Below are positions 26,094 to 39,381 of a DNA stretch of 64,000 nucleotides, piece after piece. The notes beneath the pieces are model-generated. The model was not told the origin of the DNA, did no database searches, and saw only the letters and a list, made by a program, of their open reading frames with translations. The DNA comes from Lama glama. Lineage: Eukaryota. The stretch's first letter is position 1. Every line of letters begins with the position of its first letter. A program made the position numbers and the translations under genes. The stretch covers positions 15,440,001-15,504,000 of the forward strand of contig CM052817.1 of the NCBI GenBank assembly GCA_028534125.1. The letters are read 5' to 3'.

Positions 26094-26379
26094 CTTTTTC
26101 TGATAATAATCGCTTATTTTAAAGACAAATGCAACTCCTTGCCCATTAACCGAATGCTAATTGAAGGGTTAGTAGGTATCCAGGAATAAACTAGGCGAAG
26201 TTGAGAAACATAGGGAAAATAAATGACACCTTTCCTTTACCCTAAAAATTTCCATTCTTGTTTGGGGAAAACAAAATTAAGATGAAAGAAACAGAAAATA
26301 GACAATTACCATCACATTGCTGTGTTATGACTTTCCTGATATGAGTGCCGGGACTTCAGAAATGGGATATTTAAATCTA

Positions 26380-26600
26380 GGCTCTAAGTCAGGATCACTT
26401 TCATGGAAAAGATAAGAATCTTAGTTGTGCCTTGAAGGATGGGTAGAACATGACCAAGCAGAAGATGGAGGCCAGGGCTTTTCAGACGGGGTGGGAAAGG
26501 GCTCAACAAGAAGTCAGAAGATGGAGTGATAGTGTCAGTGTTTGGAGAGGGTGGGAAAGAGAAAGCAGAGGCAGCTCAAATGGTGGAGTTCAGGTGTGGG
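26380..26600 (-). mobile_element. L2 fragment
   Basis: ttagttgtgccttgaaggatgggtagaa...ttttcagac. Confidence 0.55.
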
Positions 26601-27299
26601 GGCATCAGGTGACACTTTGAGCAGTTCTGTTTGTGACAGGGTGGCAGCCTGCTGTGACTGCACTTTCCTTTCATATCCCCATAAAATAATGTGACCCTTC
26701 TCAGCTGTGGGAAGCCTGCCCCTTCTCCACCTCCTGATGGGCCCTGAGGTGGGGGCGTGGATGGGCTCCTGTCCTGCTCAGGTGCCAGGCGTTCCCCACC
26801 TTCTTACTTCTGAATCTCCCTGTAGACCTGTGACTTTGACATTCCCATTTATTTACCTCTTGAATGCTCTAGCTACTACCTGGTAGACACAGCTCCAACC
26901 CCTTCATTCCTGGAAGAACCAATAATTCAAATGGTAGAGAATCTAGTATATTCTAACTGAAGATTAGAGAAACAATACAGAGGTACTTGGAAGGTGGGAC
27001 AACCTAACATTGATACCAAGATTTTTCAGCCAATTCTACTCCAAGAAATTTCTTACGCATCTTCTTTTCTGCTCAGAATCCAGATGGCCGTAATTTCCTG
27101 ATGTCTGTGTGTATGAGTGTGTGTATATATATATATATATAACGTCTGTCTATGTCCATCTTCTCCTAGTTCTAGGGTACACCACTATCCCCCCACCTCC
27201 AAAACCGCCAGGGCACACAAGCAAAATTCCTGACACTTGATAACACAGAGTAACTTTGCTTTTCTGTCTCCACTCCCATCCTGGACTAGTTCTTGGGAG

Positions 27300-28250
27300 C
27301 CTAATCGTGCATAACCTAAAAATCCCATCAGTAAGTTTTCGTACACAGAAGAGCATCTACTCCAGAGGCGAATTCTGCTGTTCCCCTCTAATGCGGAGAA
27401 CAGCTGCAGTCATTTCTATTTCTCGGCGATCTTTTTTCTCCCGCCTGTTACATATGATTGAAGATTGATTAGCTAAGCAGATCATTAAGGTTCAGGAAAA
27501 GGTAAGACAAACACAGTGCTTTGGGAGGACAAAGCCCATTTGAACCCGGCCCTGGGTAGTGCTTGCTCCACACTTGGACAGAAAACAAAGAGGTCTTGCT
27601 TTGCTTTTCTTATCCTCTCTCTCTCTTTTTTTTGTCTTTCCACCACACTCAACAAAATCAACTCGGCAAATAGAAAGAAAATCATTGTGTGAAAACAAGG
27701 CGCGAGCACTCAGGGCAGAGTGGGAAAAACTGGCAATGCAGATATAGCTCATTTCCTCATTTTCACAAAATATTTTGCCCTTCGTTGGTGACCCTTCGCA
27801 TCTGTTGCCTGTGGGGCTGAGCCAGGGACAGGAGGAGAGTCCATGGGATAATGTGACAGACTCCCGTTCCCTAACGGGAGGGAAGCCCTCGTTTATGCTG
27901 GTTTGAGTACACGTTCTAAAGACTCTACACACCCGCTTTGACTTTCTGCAGCTTTCAGATTTCCCTGAAAGTCGCTAAACCACAATCTTCATCCGTGTAG
28001 TTTTTGTCTATCTTTAGGAAACATGTTTAGAACAGTCTTTCTGCAAAGGCAGGGCTGTGTGGAAAAAAAATGGTTTGGTTTGTCCTCTCCTGGACTCTGG
28101 TAAAAGCACTTGATTGTGAGGTTGGTTTGAGAAACGCTGCATTAAGCAAACCTTAATGCAGCTTCAAGGAAGTTTTTCCTTCTTGCAGCTGCCAGATTAG
28201 GACCTGGGTGTAAACCCACGAGTACAAAGTATTGAACTGCCAGAAGGCAC
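27300..28250. promoter_or_regulatory. Putative cis-regulatory element or non-coding promoter region
   Basis: Repeat-free and retains CpGs. Clustered TGATTGA/TGATTAG homeodomain-like sites, RUNX AACCACA and GGAAAA motifs. Function is inferred. Confidence 0.35.
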
Positions 28251-29899
28251 CACACCTAAGCAGGGTCAAGGACCCAAACCAGTCACACGGTGCCAAGTCC
28301 ATCTGCCCCTCTCTTTGTCACGTGGATAAAATCTAAGGAAGATGGGCCTCACTGGCAGCCGTGATCAGCGGAAGTCGAGCACAAATATCACAATCTGTTA
28401 CCAGTGGAGAGAAGTGGTTTGGAGTCAAAGCCAACCTCCGAGGGGGGCCCTGAGATTCACGTGCTGATGTTAATTTTTATGTCAGTGACCAGTTGATAGC
28501 CATGCCATTTCCTTCTTCCCAGGGCCCCGAGTCACACAATCCACTGGAGATAGCTCTCTGGTCAAGAATGAACTTGGCATACAAATGTTGGCCACCTGTT
28601 CCTCTCAAGGCAGAGCCAAGAAGGCAAGACGTGGGAAAAGACTAAATGCTGTCTGCGTAAAAGGACCTCTCCCTATGCGCAGACCATACTTTCCTCCTCG
28701 TCAGTGAGACTACAGTCAGCCTGCTTTGTCCATTGCTGAAGCACAGCATCGCCCTCCCTGGTAATGCCTGTGGGTATCAGCTGCTTAGCTATGATGGAAA
28801 AGCTTTTGCTCTAGAAAAGGAAGTACCATCTCCCATTCCCATTAAAGGTCTTGGTCTTTCTCGTGGTGCACACGCCCCCGTGTTGGATGCATGTGTAAAT
28901 TCAAGCTGCATGTCTTTTATGAGTTGCATGCTGTTTCTCCAGCTTTTTTTTTTAATACAGCATCCTCCTGCTTGCAGTGAAACCAGCATATTGGATTTTA
29001 TACGGTTATAAAATCCCACATAAGACAAACTATAGAAAACTCTTTTTATGTAACTTGGGACTTTTTCACAATATTTTTTTTTCCCAACCACTGCCACATC
29101 CCCTACCTCCCCATTCTGTTTCCTTCTCTGGTCTTAATAAACTCTCGTCCAAAACACTCTGGAGACATCTACTTTTTTTCTGTCCGTGTCTTGATTGCTT
29201 TTATGAGTTCACTGCCTGGGAATTACTCTTTTTAACTACGAAGGAGCCCACTGATGAAGGTTTGTAATGACAACATCTGTTTGGAACAACATCTGTTGGG
29301 ATAATCTCTTGTCACACACTTAGCATGCTGGTCAGTACAAGCCAACATTCAGCCTGAGAGCGAGGCTCTCCTGGTGTTCTTGGGGCAAGACAGATAATTT
29401 GATAATTTAAACTATAAACGACTCTGGATGGCAAGTCACATTTTTAGATAAAGTCTATAAAAACACATCAGGGCTAATCTCCATCCACTGCAAAATTCAA
29501 CTTAGTTATGTGTACCATATGATAAATGATGTAGCATAGAAAGCCACTGCCCACATTGTGAAATTCATTTAAAAATAGCATGCATAAGTTCTGCATTACC
29601 TTGAGCTACATTTGTTTATGCCATAAGCCCAGATAAACATTCCACAACATTACACGCTAGCCTTATTAACAGGACTCAAATATTCCAAAAGGCTTTTTTG
29701 AGTTTAAGGTAATCCATAGTTAATCATGTCCTTCAGACGAAAACTTGGCTCTAGTATTATTTTCAAAAGAAAACTCCAATACCAGCCATACTTCGCCAGT
29801 GCCAGAATGCTTACAACATGATCAACAAGTTGCACGTATACCCTGACAAGCAAGGGTTATGATTTAGAAGGCAAGCCGGGAATGTATTATTATGGTGAA

Positions 29900-31291
29900 T
29901 GTAATTCAAGACGCTGGGCAGCATGAGGCACAGGTCACCCTAAACTTCACACTCTGGGAAAACAACTTTCAGAGGGAAGGGATGCTCGAGCAGAAACCTG
30001 TGCAGGAGGAAGTCACCAGCCATGTAAGTATCTGGGGAAGAGGACAAGAATCAGCAGGCACAAAAGATTGAATATGGGTGTGCGCATGAAAGTAGGAAGG
30101 AGGCCAGTGGTGCTGGAGCAGAGTCAGCTGGGGAGAAAGTGGAAGGAAATGAGGTCAGAAAAGTGGCCCAAGGCCAGATCACGGCCTTACAGACCATTAA
30201 AAGCCATTTGAATTTTATTCTAAATGTGGGAAGCGCAAAAAGTTGACACCAGAGGAATGAGGAGTCACTACCAAAATAATACAATAATTATGCTCCAATG
30301 GAAGAAGTATGGGCTCTTTAAAAAATAGGAACCCAGAAAAAGAAATACCTCAAGTTTTTTAGGATGCTGAAAAAAAAAAAAGGTAAAATTGTTATTTGAT
30401 TTTGAAGGATTTGGCTGAGAAGGGAGAAGAGATGATTCAGATTGAAGCAACACTTCTGTGCAGAGACAGCAGTATGCATAAAAACAGAGGGAAAATACAA
30501 TATACTACAAAATAGTTTAACTGGTTGGAGAATGGAAGGAAGTAGTGTGAGGTAGGGTTAGCATGAGATCTTCAAGGTCTTTGCATGTCACCCTAAGGAA
30601 TTTGAACTTTAGCCAGTAGGCTAGGGAGTCACTGAAATATTTTAAGCAAGGAAGTGATGCAACATGATCGTACTTTTATTTTGGAATAATAAATCTGTCA
30701 GTAGTGTGAAGAATTAATTGAAGTACAGGGGAGTGTCTGAGGTCAGGACTACCAGCTAGGTGACTTGAAATAATCCATATGAGGAAGAAGAGATGAACTA
30801 GGCGCGGAGAAATATACTGGAGAATTATTTACAAGGTAGGGGCTCACAACTATTTGGATATGACTGGAAAATTTGACTGTCATCAAGGATAATTTCTTGG
30901 CTTGTGGTTTGAGGAATTTGGCCAATGGTGATATCATTACCCAAGATAGGACAGAGGATCAAGTGTGAGACTAAACATTTTCGGATTTAGTAAAAAATGC
31001 AATTTGTGAAATAGAGGAGGTACTCAATGGACTAAAGACCTAAAGAAGGTTAAGAGGATACAGGTACCAGAGCACAGGTGTAACTGTTAGCATTGGCAAA
31101 GGGTGAGCGCCAACTTACCTGTAAAGGAGGAAAAGGTGTAAGAGGTGAAGAGAACTTGGGTAATTACAAGATGGAAGAGGAAAATAAGAGCATTCACTCA
31201 GGATTACCCTCTTCCCTCTCTCTCTCGATATATATGTACATATCACATATATATGAATATGTATATGTGCATATAGATTTTTACCTTAAGT

Positions 31292-31359
<68 letters not shown>

Positions 31360-31700
31360 GTAATGGCTTAATATGTGTGTATACATACACACATTAATTG
31401 GGGGAAAAGTTTCCATGGAAGATACATAAGCTGAAAAAGGCTTAAAAGATGGGTAGGTTTTGCCTAGATCAAGAACAGTCAAAGCGGATGCTGAAATCTC
31501 AGTGTTGGTTGACAGAAATGTGGCATCATCATTTGAAGAAGCCAAAGAAAGAATGTGGGCACTAGCTTGTTGGTAGGAGAGGGAGCGATGATTAATTTCA
31601 TTTCATACATGTTGAATTGAAGGTGATGGTAAGAAGCCAAAGGGTATATGTTCACTCTAAAATTGAAATTACACTGTTGGGGCAAAAATGGGTGGTCTGA
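29900..31700 (-). mobile_element. L2 fragments
   Basis: aggaggccagtggtgctggagcagag, gaatttgaactttagccagtagg...tttaagcaagg and other L2-antisense blocks. Confidence 0.8.
31293..31359. repeat. Compound (TA)n(CA)n(TA)n microsatellite
   Basis: Read directly from the sequence. Confidence 0.95.
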
Positions 31701-31701
31701 G

Positions 31702-31760
31702 CAAAAAGAATAAATCAACAAAAAGGATAAATCTACAAAAAGGATAAATCTGCAGAAAGG
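31702..31760. repeat. 17-bp minisatellite, about 3.5 copies
   Basis: caaaaagaataaatcaa / caaaaaggataaatcta / caaaaaggataaatctg / cagaaagg. Confidence 0.9.
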
Positions 31761-33047
31761 TAGTAGTTGAAGGTATAAAGTTATACTGGTAGCAAAAAGT
31801 GGTGAAGGAGAACCTCGTGGGCAATGCTCTCCACAGTCGGCAAGGAGAAAGTTTACAGACTCCAGAGTCGCACCCCACCAGAGGGTCTTATATTGGCTCT
31901 GAACCGGTTAATTACTGGAGAAGGGGGAACCTCCCCTAAGAGGCAGATGTTTTATACCTAAATACTAATTTAACAAAAACTGATGAAAACAGGATGAAAA
32001 TGCCTGTTCATAGGGAGCATGGTCAGAACATCACTAGAAATGTCCATGAAGGACAATAAAAATACGAAATGAATATTGAGAAATTTTGAACAGGTTGGAT
32101 TACAAAGAAGGAAACCTTAGCTAAGTCCTAGAGACAGGTCATCAGCACTGCCAATTGCTGAATTTTGAAAGAAAAATAAAACAGGAAAGTGACACTCTCT
32201 GGGAGAAGATGCACTATGTAAACATATGTGTCTACCCCTGTCATAGAGTAAATCGGCAGCGCTCACTTTAATCTTTTGCTTAGAGATTTCTCCAGCCTGA
32301 GCTTAAGTTTACAGGTTGTACATTCCAGGAAAAGAGCTAGCCAGCGTTTAGTGATGCGGGGATGCTGACATCAGCCTTTATCTATCCCTCTTTTTCACCC
32401 CAGTGCCACCATGTCCCTGCTACAGTCTCTGGCAATACAGATCTAGGTTCTTGGAACACAACTTTGCCTGGGATAACTGCCCTTGAGGAGAAGGATTGGC
32501 TCATTCTCCAATGTGATGGCTGTGGGGCCGGTGCTGTGAAAATCTCATGTGTCCCATTAATTCCCTATAATCTTTAAAAGGTTAGAAACATCAGAGCCTT
32601 GGAAATAAGTTAACAGATCTTCTGAGACGCTGAAGAAGGTACACAGATCTTTTTGAAAGACAGTCCAGGTTCCAGCTGCTTTTGAAACCTCAATGCCACC
32701 AGCCGTTGAAAGTATCTCTGACTGAAACCCTGCAGACTATGAAACTATAGAAAACAAAATTCTTCGAACTTTAAACACACAGAGAATAGAATTAGACTTT
32801 TTATTTTATTATTGTGGGTGTTTGACCTTAATTTGCAAAGGGTTGTTATGTTTGTAGTTTTATGTATTTTCATAATTTTTTTTAATGAGGTGGGATTTAA
32901 ATTCAAATTGAACCAATTCTGGTTTTGGCATTACCCTGTTGTACCCTCTTTGGATATTTTACTATTGGAGTATCTTAACTGTTGTATCTAATCTGATTGA
33001 TGAATTTTTGGTATGCTGCATTGAACAACGTGACTGGTCAAAATAGA

Positions 33048-33068
33048 GAAACTGAACGGGAAGTGAAA
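33048..33068 (+). promoter_or_regulatory. ISRE-like motif plus ETS-IRF composite element (EICE)
   Basis: GAAACTGAAC at 33048-33057 immediately precedes GGAAGTGAAA at 33059-33068. Motif match only. Confidence 0.4.
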
Positions 33069-33415
33069 TTTCAACTCTGGTTGAAGACTGACCTTGAAGT
33101 TGATTACATAATTCTGACCCATTTCATACCTTTCTGTGGACAGCATCAACGGTCCAAGGACACCGCTGGTCCAAGGACAAAATCTAAGAGAGTTCTGGTT
33201 GCCACTGAAGGAGCAACCTCGTTGGGGTGAGGGCAGAATAATCCTGATAGAGATCAATTGCCCCTATGCAGCCAATGGCCACATCTTTAATCGACCATAG
33301 GCTTAAAGGTTAATTAAACTCAATGGGCAAAAAAAAAACAAAACAAAAAGATAGGGAATTTTAGAGAAGAGCCCATCTAGTCTACCCTTCTACTCATGAT
33401 TTCCATAAAAGGAGA

Positions 33416-33902
33416 TGTGGTAAGCATATTAATGTTCCCCTTCTCCCAATGGGATCTACATACTAATCCTCAGAACCTGTGAGTATGCTACCTTACCCAG
33501 CAAATGGGACTTTTCAGATGAGATTGAGTTAAGGATCTTGAGATGAAGAGCATCCTGGGTTATTTAGGTGAGCCCAGCGTAATCACAACTCAAAGAGGGA
33601 GGTAGGAAAGTCAGTGTCAGAGTCAGGGAAGGATGTGAGGATGGAAGCAAAGGTTGGGGTGATGCAATTGCTGGCTGGGGACTATGAGTTAAGGGATGCA
33701 ATTTGCTTCTTAGAAGATGAAAAAGAAGAAAAAGATTGTCCCATGGAGCCTGTGGAAGGAATATATACCTGCTGACACCTTGATTTTAGTCCCATGACAT
33801 CCATTTTAGACCTCTGACCTCCAGAACTGTAAGAAGAATTTATGTTGTTTAAGCTACTAAATATATGGGTGATTTGCAACATCAGCAATGAAAAGTAATA
33901 CA
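33416..33902 (+). mobile_element. MaLR solo LTR (MLT1D-like)
   Basis: TG...CA termini, ctaatcctcagaacctgtgagtatg, ttaaggatcttgagatg, cctgctgacaccttgattttag and ctgacctccagaactgtaag. Confidence 0.9.
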
Positions 33903-34479
33903 GTAGTTTTTCCCTGTCTGTGGCCTCTTTTTTCCCTTTCTGGGAGAAGAAATTGTATATTGCTTGATTTGTATATTTAGGAAGTTAAAACAGAAATTTT
34001 CAGGCTTAGCTCTTCTATTTTTCTTCTTGTGACTGTGCCTGCACAAGCTCCTCGCTGGTTGTCCATGCATAAGTCTTATCTGTGCACTTGGGTGGCCTGC
34101 CTCATCCACGATGGCCTGTGGCTGCATGGGTGAGTCTGATTTCAGTAGTTCATTGAACAGGACCATTTGGCTCTCACAGTTAGCCTTTATCAATAATTAA
34201 AATACTATTTTTATATCAACCAGGCATTCCTTTCTGATTTTTTATTTTTAAAATCTAGGTGAGGAAGTGGGCTATGATTCTTTGGGTCCCTGAGGCCCCA
34301 ATAAATACAAAAATGTAGGTGGCAAAACACATCCAACATTGTGGGGAAAATTGAAACTGATAAGGAAGACTAAAGAGAGGCTGTTGGATATGGTAATAAG
34401 GTTACCATAATATAATGCAAACTTAACCACCTTTAGCCTGAAGGACAGCATCATACTTAAGAAATGTTAGAAGTACTTG

Positions 34480-34690
34480 CCTTAATGTTAGAAGATATGG
34501 ATGTTCCCTTATTCCTCTATTACATAGCATTGTTCTTGAGGTTTTAGTCAACTCTGTTAGAGAAGAAAAATAAACTGGAAGTATAGAAATGCTAGAATGT
34601 GAATAAAACTATTACAATTTGCAGATAATTTGATCATGTACTTCTAAATCCAAGGAATATATTAAAATAATTAACAATTATGATAGTTTG
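34480..34690 (+). mobile_element. Decayed L1 ORF2 reverse-transcriptase fragment
   Basis: ggatgttcccttattcctctatta...attgttcttgaggtttta (GCPL..IVLEVL-like) and tttgcagataatttgatc (FADDMI-like). Confidence 0.75.
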
Positions 34691-37600
34691 AAATCTTAGA
34701 TTTTGTATGATTTACAAACATATCTTGTGTAATATTGTGTGGTATTGTTTCATATCAGTCATTATACTATTTTTTCCCTAACTACATTGCCTAGAAGCTC
34801 AGTACAATGTTGAATAGTAATGATTCAAAAAATATTTTTGTCTTATGCCTGAGTTTAGTAAGCATGAATTATGATATTATTATATTCTTTTTAGAAATAT
34901 TCTTCATTGGGTAAAGGAAGTTTACTTCTATACAGCTGTGTTTAATAAGTTGTATACATTTCTGAATGCAATTTATTACCAGTGTATGAAGGATTATTGA
35001 AGCTATATTTGTGTGTGGTTGGTCTCTCTATACATATTTCCATTAACTGTTCTTGCCTGATTTTGGTATCTCTGGATTATATCAGCTTATAAAACATTTT
35101 CCTTCTAGCCCCATCTCTGAAATATTTTATTTAAGAAAAGGATTATCTTTTACTTAAATTTTCAGTACAAACACCGTATGATAAAATCTGAACTTGGTAA
35201 CTTGAGTAGGTAATTTTTAAATTATAAGTCAATTTCATTGTTTTGTGTTCCATATCTTTAAACTGCTCATTCACATTTTCATTTCTTTATCTTTCTGATT
35301 TAGATTTTAGATGAATTCTTCAATATTTCATTTCAATCACATTTTATTTCATTAACTTTCTCTTTAACAGTGTCACACTAGAATTGATGGAGTATATTGA
35401 GATTTTTAAAATTTCAATGAGCATATTTCCATTTTTATATTTTTATGTATGCCTGTTCACAATTTGTTTGTGGCAGCTTTACTAAATTTTTTTTCTTTAG
35501 AGATTTTTTTTTAATTTCTTTGAGGGTCTCACCTCATATTTATAGCATTTTAAGACTACTCTTTATTTTTATTTTTAGAAGTGTGTATTTTTATTTTTAG
35601 AAGTGTCGATACCCTCATAAGGGCACCATGTATATCTTATTATATTTATTCCCAGGTGTTTATCTTTTCTGTCACTATTTGAATAGTATATTTATCATCA
35701 ATACATTTTTACCTGGTTAATGTTGATGTTGAATGCTCTTGTTCATTCTAATATCTTATAATTGTTCACATTATGAATATGCTTATTAATTTAAATGTTC
35801 AGTTGATTTCCTTTTGTTTTAGAGGTATACAATCATAATGTCTACAAATAATGATATTTTGCCTAAATGTTCAGTATTTATAACACATTTTATGTTTGAG
35901 CTTAATTACAGTGGAAAGCACTCCTAGCAAAATGTTCAACATTGTGGTGTGTGTGGAGGGATAGGATCATAACGAAATTTCCCTATATCAAATTCAGTGT
36001 GACTATTTCTACAGATTTGCCTCTAAACGTAGTACTCACTTTAGTTTATAATAAACTATTTATATACTGCTTAGTATTTTTACATTTTATTTTAAATGGA
36101 TTTTTTATTTTTAAAAATCAGAAGTAAATTTTAAATTTTACCAAGCAATTTTCCGGTATGCAATAATAGCAGATGCATGAAGGTGAAATCTACAATTATG
36201 CAGCCTGTGTTGTGGTACAGGCCTTGCCACTCGCAGGCCGCATTAGTCTAAGCAAATAATGATTAATCTATACCTTGGATTTCTCACTTGAAAACTCTAG
36301 GTGATAATGTTCCTATCACATATATTTTTAAACAATTAGATGATTCAGTGCTTGTGAAAATATTTCTTGATACAATGCCAGGCAATGCTAAATGCTAATA
36401 ATTATGAACTATTATTATTTATAGTGACTATCTCGTTGTTTTTCTCCCCAAAATGGTTAATTTTACGAATAGATATCAAATATATTTTCTAAAATTAAAA
36501 CAGTGTCTGGATCATAGTAAGCACTCAATAAATGCTAGCATTATTATTGATGTAATGAAATTATTAGTCTATCTAAAATAATAATCACTATAATCTATTT
36601 TTTAATTTTCTAAATATGTCAGAATTTAAAAATTATATTTTTGTTATTATTTTCTAGCTTAATTCCACTTTGGTCAGAGAATAGCTCTTTAAGTTTTCAA
36701 TTCTTTAATATTTATCATATGGCCTAGCATTAGTAGGTACTATATGCCCCAGCATACAGTAAATGTTCTGTGTGCACTTGAAATTAAAGTATATTCTAAA
36801 ATTCTGAGCTCGGTAGTCTATGTTTGTCAGTTAAGCCAAGTTTATTTCTATATATTTGCTGATATATTTTGTGTACCTATTCTCAGTAAGAGGGGGTATG
36901 TTAAAATGCTCTGTCTGATGTAGATTTGTATATTTCCTCTTAGTGCTATAAATTTTTTACTTTATTTTCTAAAGCAGAATTACTGGGGCATGCGATTTTA
37001 GAATTATTATATCTTTCAGATTATTTGCCCATGGTTTCATGAAATGTCCCTTTGTCTTTACCATGTATGTTTTTATGTCCAAACCTTCTTTCTCATATAT
37101 TAGTATGGTGTTTAGATGGTATGCATTTTCCATTCTTTTTACTTTCAACCATTTAGAACTGCTAGATTCAGGCATGTCTCCTTTAATCATCATATAATTG
37201 AGTTTTATTTTATTATTCATTCTGAAAATTCTTACATTTCTTTGCAGTATTAGTCTTTTCATATTTTATCTAAGTATAGATAAATTTGGTTTAAATCTAC
37301 CATCTTAGTATTTGAGAGTTTTTTGCTTGTACAGATTCTGATCTCTTTTTCAATCTCTCATTCTCTTTCTTTGTCTCTCCTCTTTTGGGGAATATTTTTA
37401 TTATTCTATTGCCCAATTAACTGGAGGTTTTATATATATACATATGATACATATAAATGAAAGATTATATTTTATATATAATATTATATTGTACATTATA
37501 TAAAATAAATATTATATTACATACATTATGATATATACTTTTTAAAATTTTATTTTATTGAGTTAGAGTCAGTTTACAATGTATCAATTTCCAGTGTATA

Positions 37601-37699
37601 TATATAGACACTCTATATAAAGATACAAAAATATACATGTATATGTATACCTTTATAATTTTGCTATTATTTTAGTTTTTTTCTGGAAATTATTTTTTT

Positions 37700-38366
37700 A
37701 ACTTTGTTTATTGAGTTATAGTCATTTTACAATGTTGTGTCAAATTCCAGTGTAGAGCACAATTTTTCAGCTATACATGAAAATATATATATTCATTGTC
37801 ACATTTTTTTTTACTGTGAGATACCACAAGATCTTGTATATATTTCCCTGTGCTATGCAGTATAATCTTGTTTATCTATTCTGCATATGCCTGTCAGTAT
37901 CTATAAATTTTGAAATCTCAGTCTGTCCCTTCCCACCCTCCGCCCCCTTGGCAACCACTAGTTTGTATTCTATATCTACGAGTCTATTTCTGTTTTGTAT
38001 TTATGTTCATTTTTTTTTTAGACTCCATATATGAGCAATCTCATATGGTATTTTTCTTTCTCTTTCTGGATTACTTCACTTAAGATGACATTCTCCAGGG
38101 ACATCCATGTTGCTGCAAATGGCATTATGTTGTCATTTTTATGGCTGAATTGTACTCCATTGTATAAACATACCACATCTTCTTTATTCAGTCATCTGTT
38201 GATGGACATTTAGGCTGTTTCCATGTTTTGGCTATTGTAAATAGTGCTGCTATGAACATTGGGGTGCAGGTGTCTTTTTGAAGTAGGGTTTCTTCTGGAT
38301 ATATGCCCAGGAGTGGGATTCCTGGGTCATACGATAAGTCTATTCTAGTCTTTTGAGGAATCTCCA
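37700..38366 (-). mobile_element. Young cetartiodactyl-type L1 3' end
   Basis: tttattgagttatagtc, ttccctgtgctat, catccatgttgctgcaaatggcatt and cccaggagtgggatt. A shorter copy of the same terminus lies at about 37545-37600. Confidence 0.93.
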
Positions 38367-39206
38367 TGCATGAATTCTTGTATTAATACAAGTGTAATAA
38401 AAATTCATACTTTTACCACTTTCAGGATAATAAAAATTCTTTAAAATATTTTAACTCCATTTCTCCCCTTTCTGATTTACGGGCTAATGTTCTCATATAT
38501 TTTAATTCAATGTGTATAAGCCAAAATATTTATTGTTATTATTTTAAATAATCAGTGCCCATTTATATTTACAAACATTTATAGCCATTTTATTTACTTT
38601 TGTTTATTCTGGGATAATTTTCTTTCTGACTGACTGTTAATATTTCCCTGGATGATGATGACAGCCAATTCTTTGTTTGTCTGAAAAAATCTTATTTTTA
38701 AAAGAATATCAACTTCTGAATGTTGAATTTTATGTCTACAGTTATCCTCTTTTTTCCTCAGGTTCTTTGAAGATTTTTATTTTGGTTTTCAAGAATTTTA
38801 CTATAATAGGCCTGAGAGAGTGTGTGTGTGTGTGTGTTTTGCTTTGGGTATCTTGCATTCATCCTGTAATTCTTCTACCATATATAGGTAATACTTTTTG
38901 TAAGATTTTTGGCCATATGTCTTCAAATACTGGTTCTACTTTAACCTCTTCCTAGTTTCCTTTTGATATTCATTACATATATGTTAGATTTTTTTTCACT
39001 GTATCACACTTGCCTGTAACATATTTTCTTTATCTTTCATCCATTTCTCTCTTCACACTTCAGTTTGTATATTTTCTTTGGATATGTTTTCCAGTTTATT
39101 AATTTTCTCCTCAGCTTTCTTTAATTTTCTCAAAATATCCACTGAGTTCTTAATCTTAATTATTCTTTTTCAGTTCTATAATTTTTATTTTATTCTTAAT
39201 TATAGC

Positions 39207-39381
39207 TTTTAAAAACGTTTATTGAAATATAGTTAATTTACAATGTTTTGTTAGTTTCTGGTGTACAACATATTGATTTAGTTATAAATATATATTATTT
39301 TTCTTATCGTGTATCATTATAGATTATTATGAAATATTGAATACAGTTCCCTGTGCTAAACAAGAGGACTTTGTTGTTTTC
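39207..39381 (-). mobile_element. Short L1 3' end
   Basis: ttgaaatatagttaatttacaatgtt...gttccctgtgct, flanked on both sides by cttaattata (TSD). Confidence 0.88.

Noticed and set aside
31702..31760. CRISPR-like array
   Set aside because: Contiguous tandem units without spacers, in mammalian DNA.
32388..32446. Acceptor-like site followed by a perfect Kozak GCCACCATG
   Set aside because: The ORF stops after 11 codons (MSLLQSLAIQI) and has no good donor before the stop.
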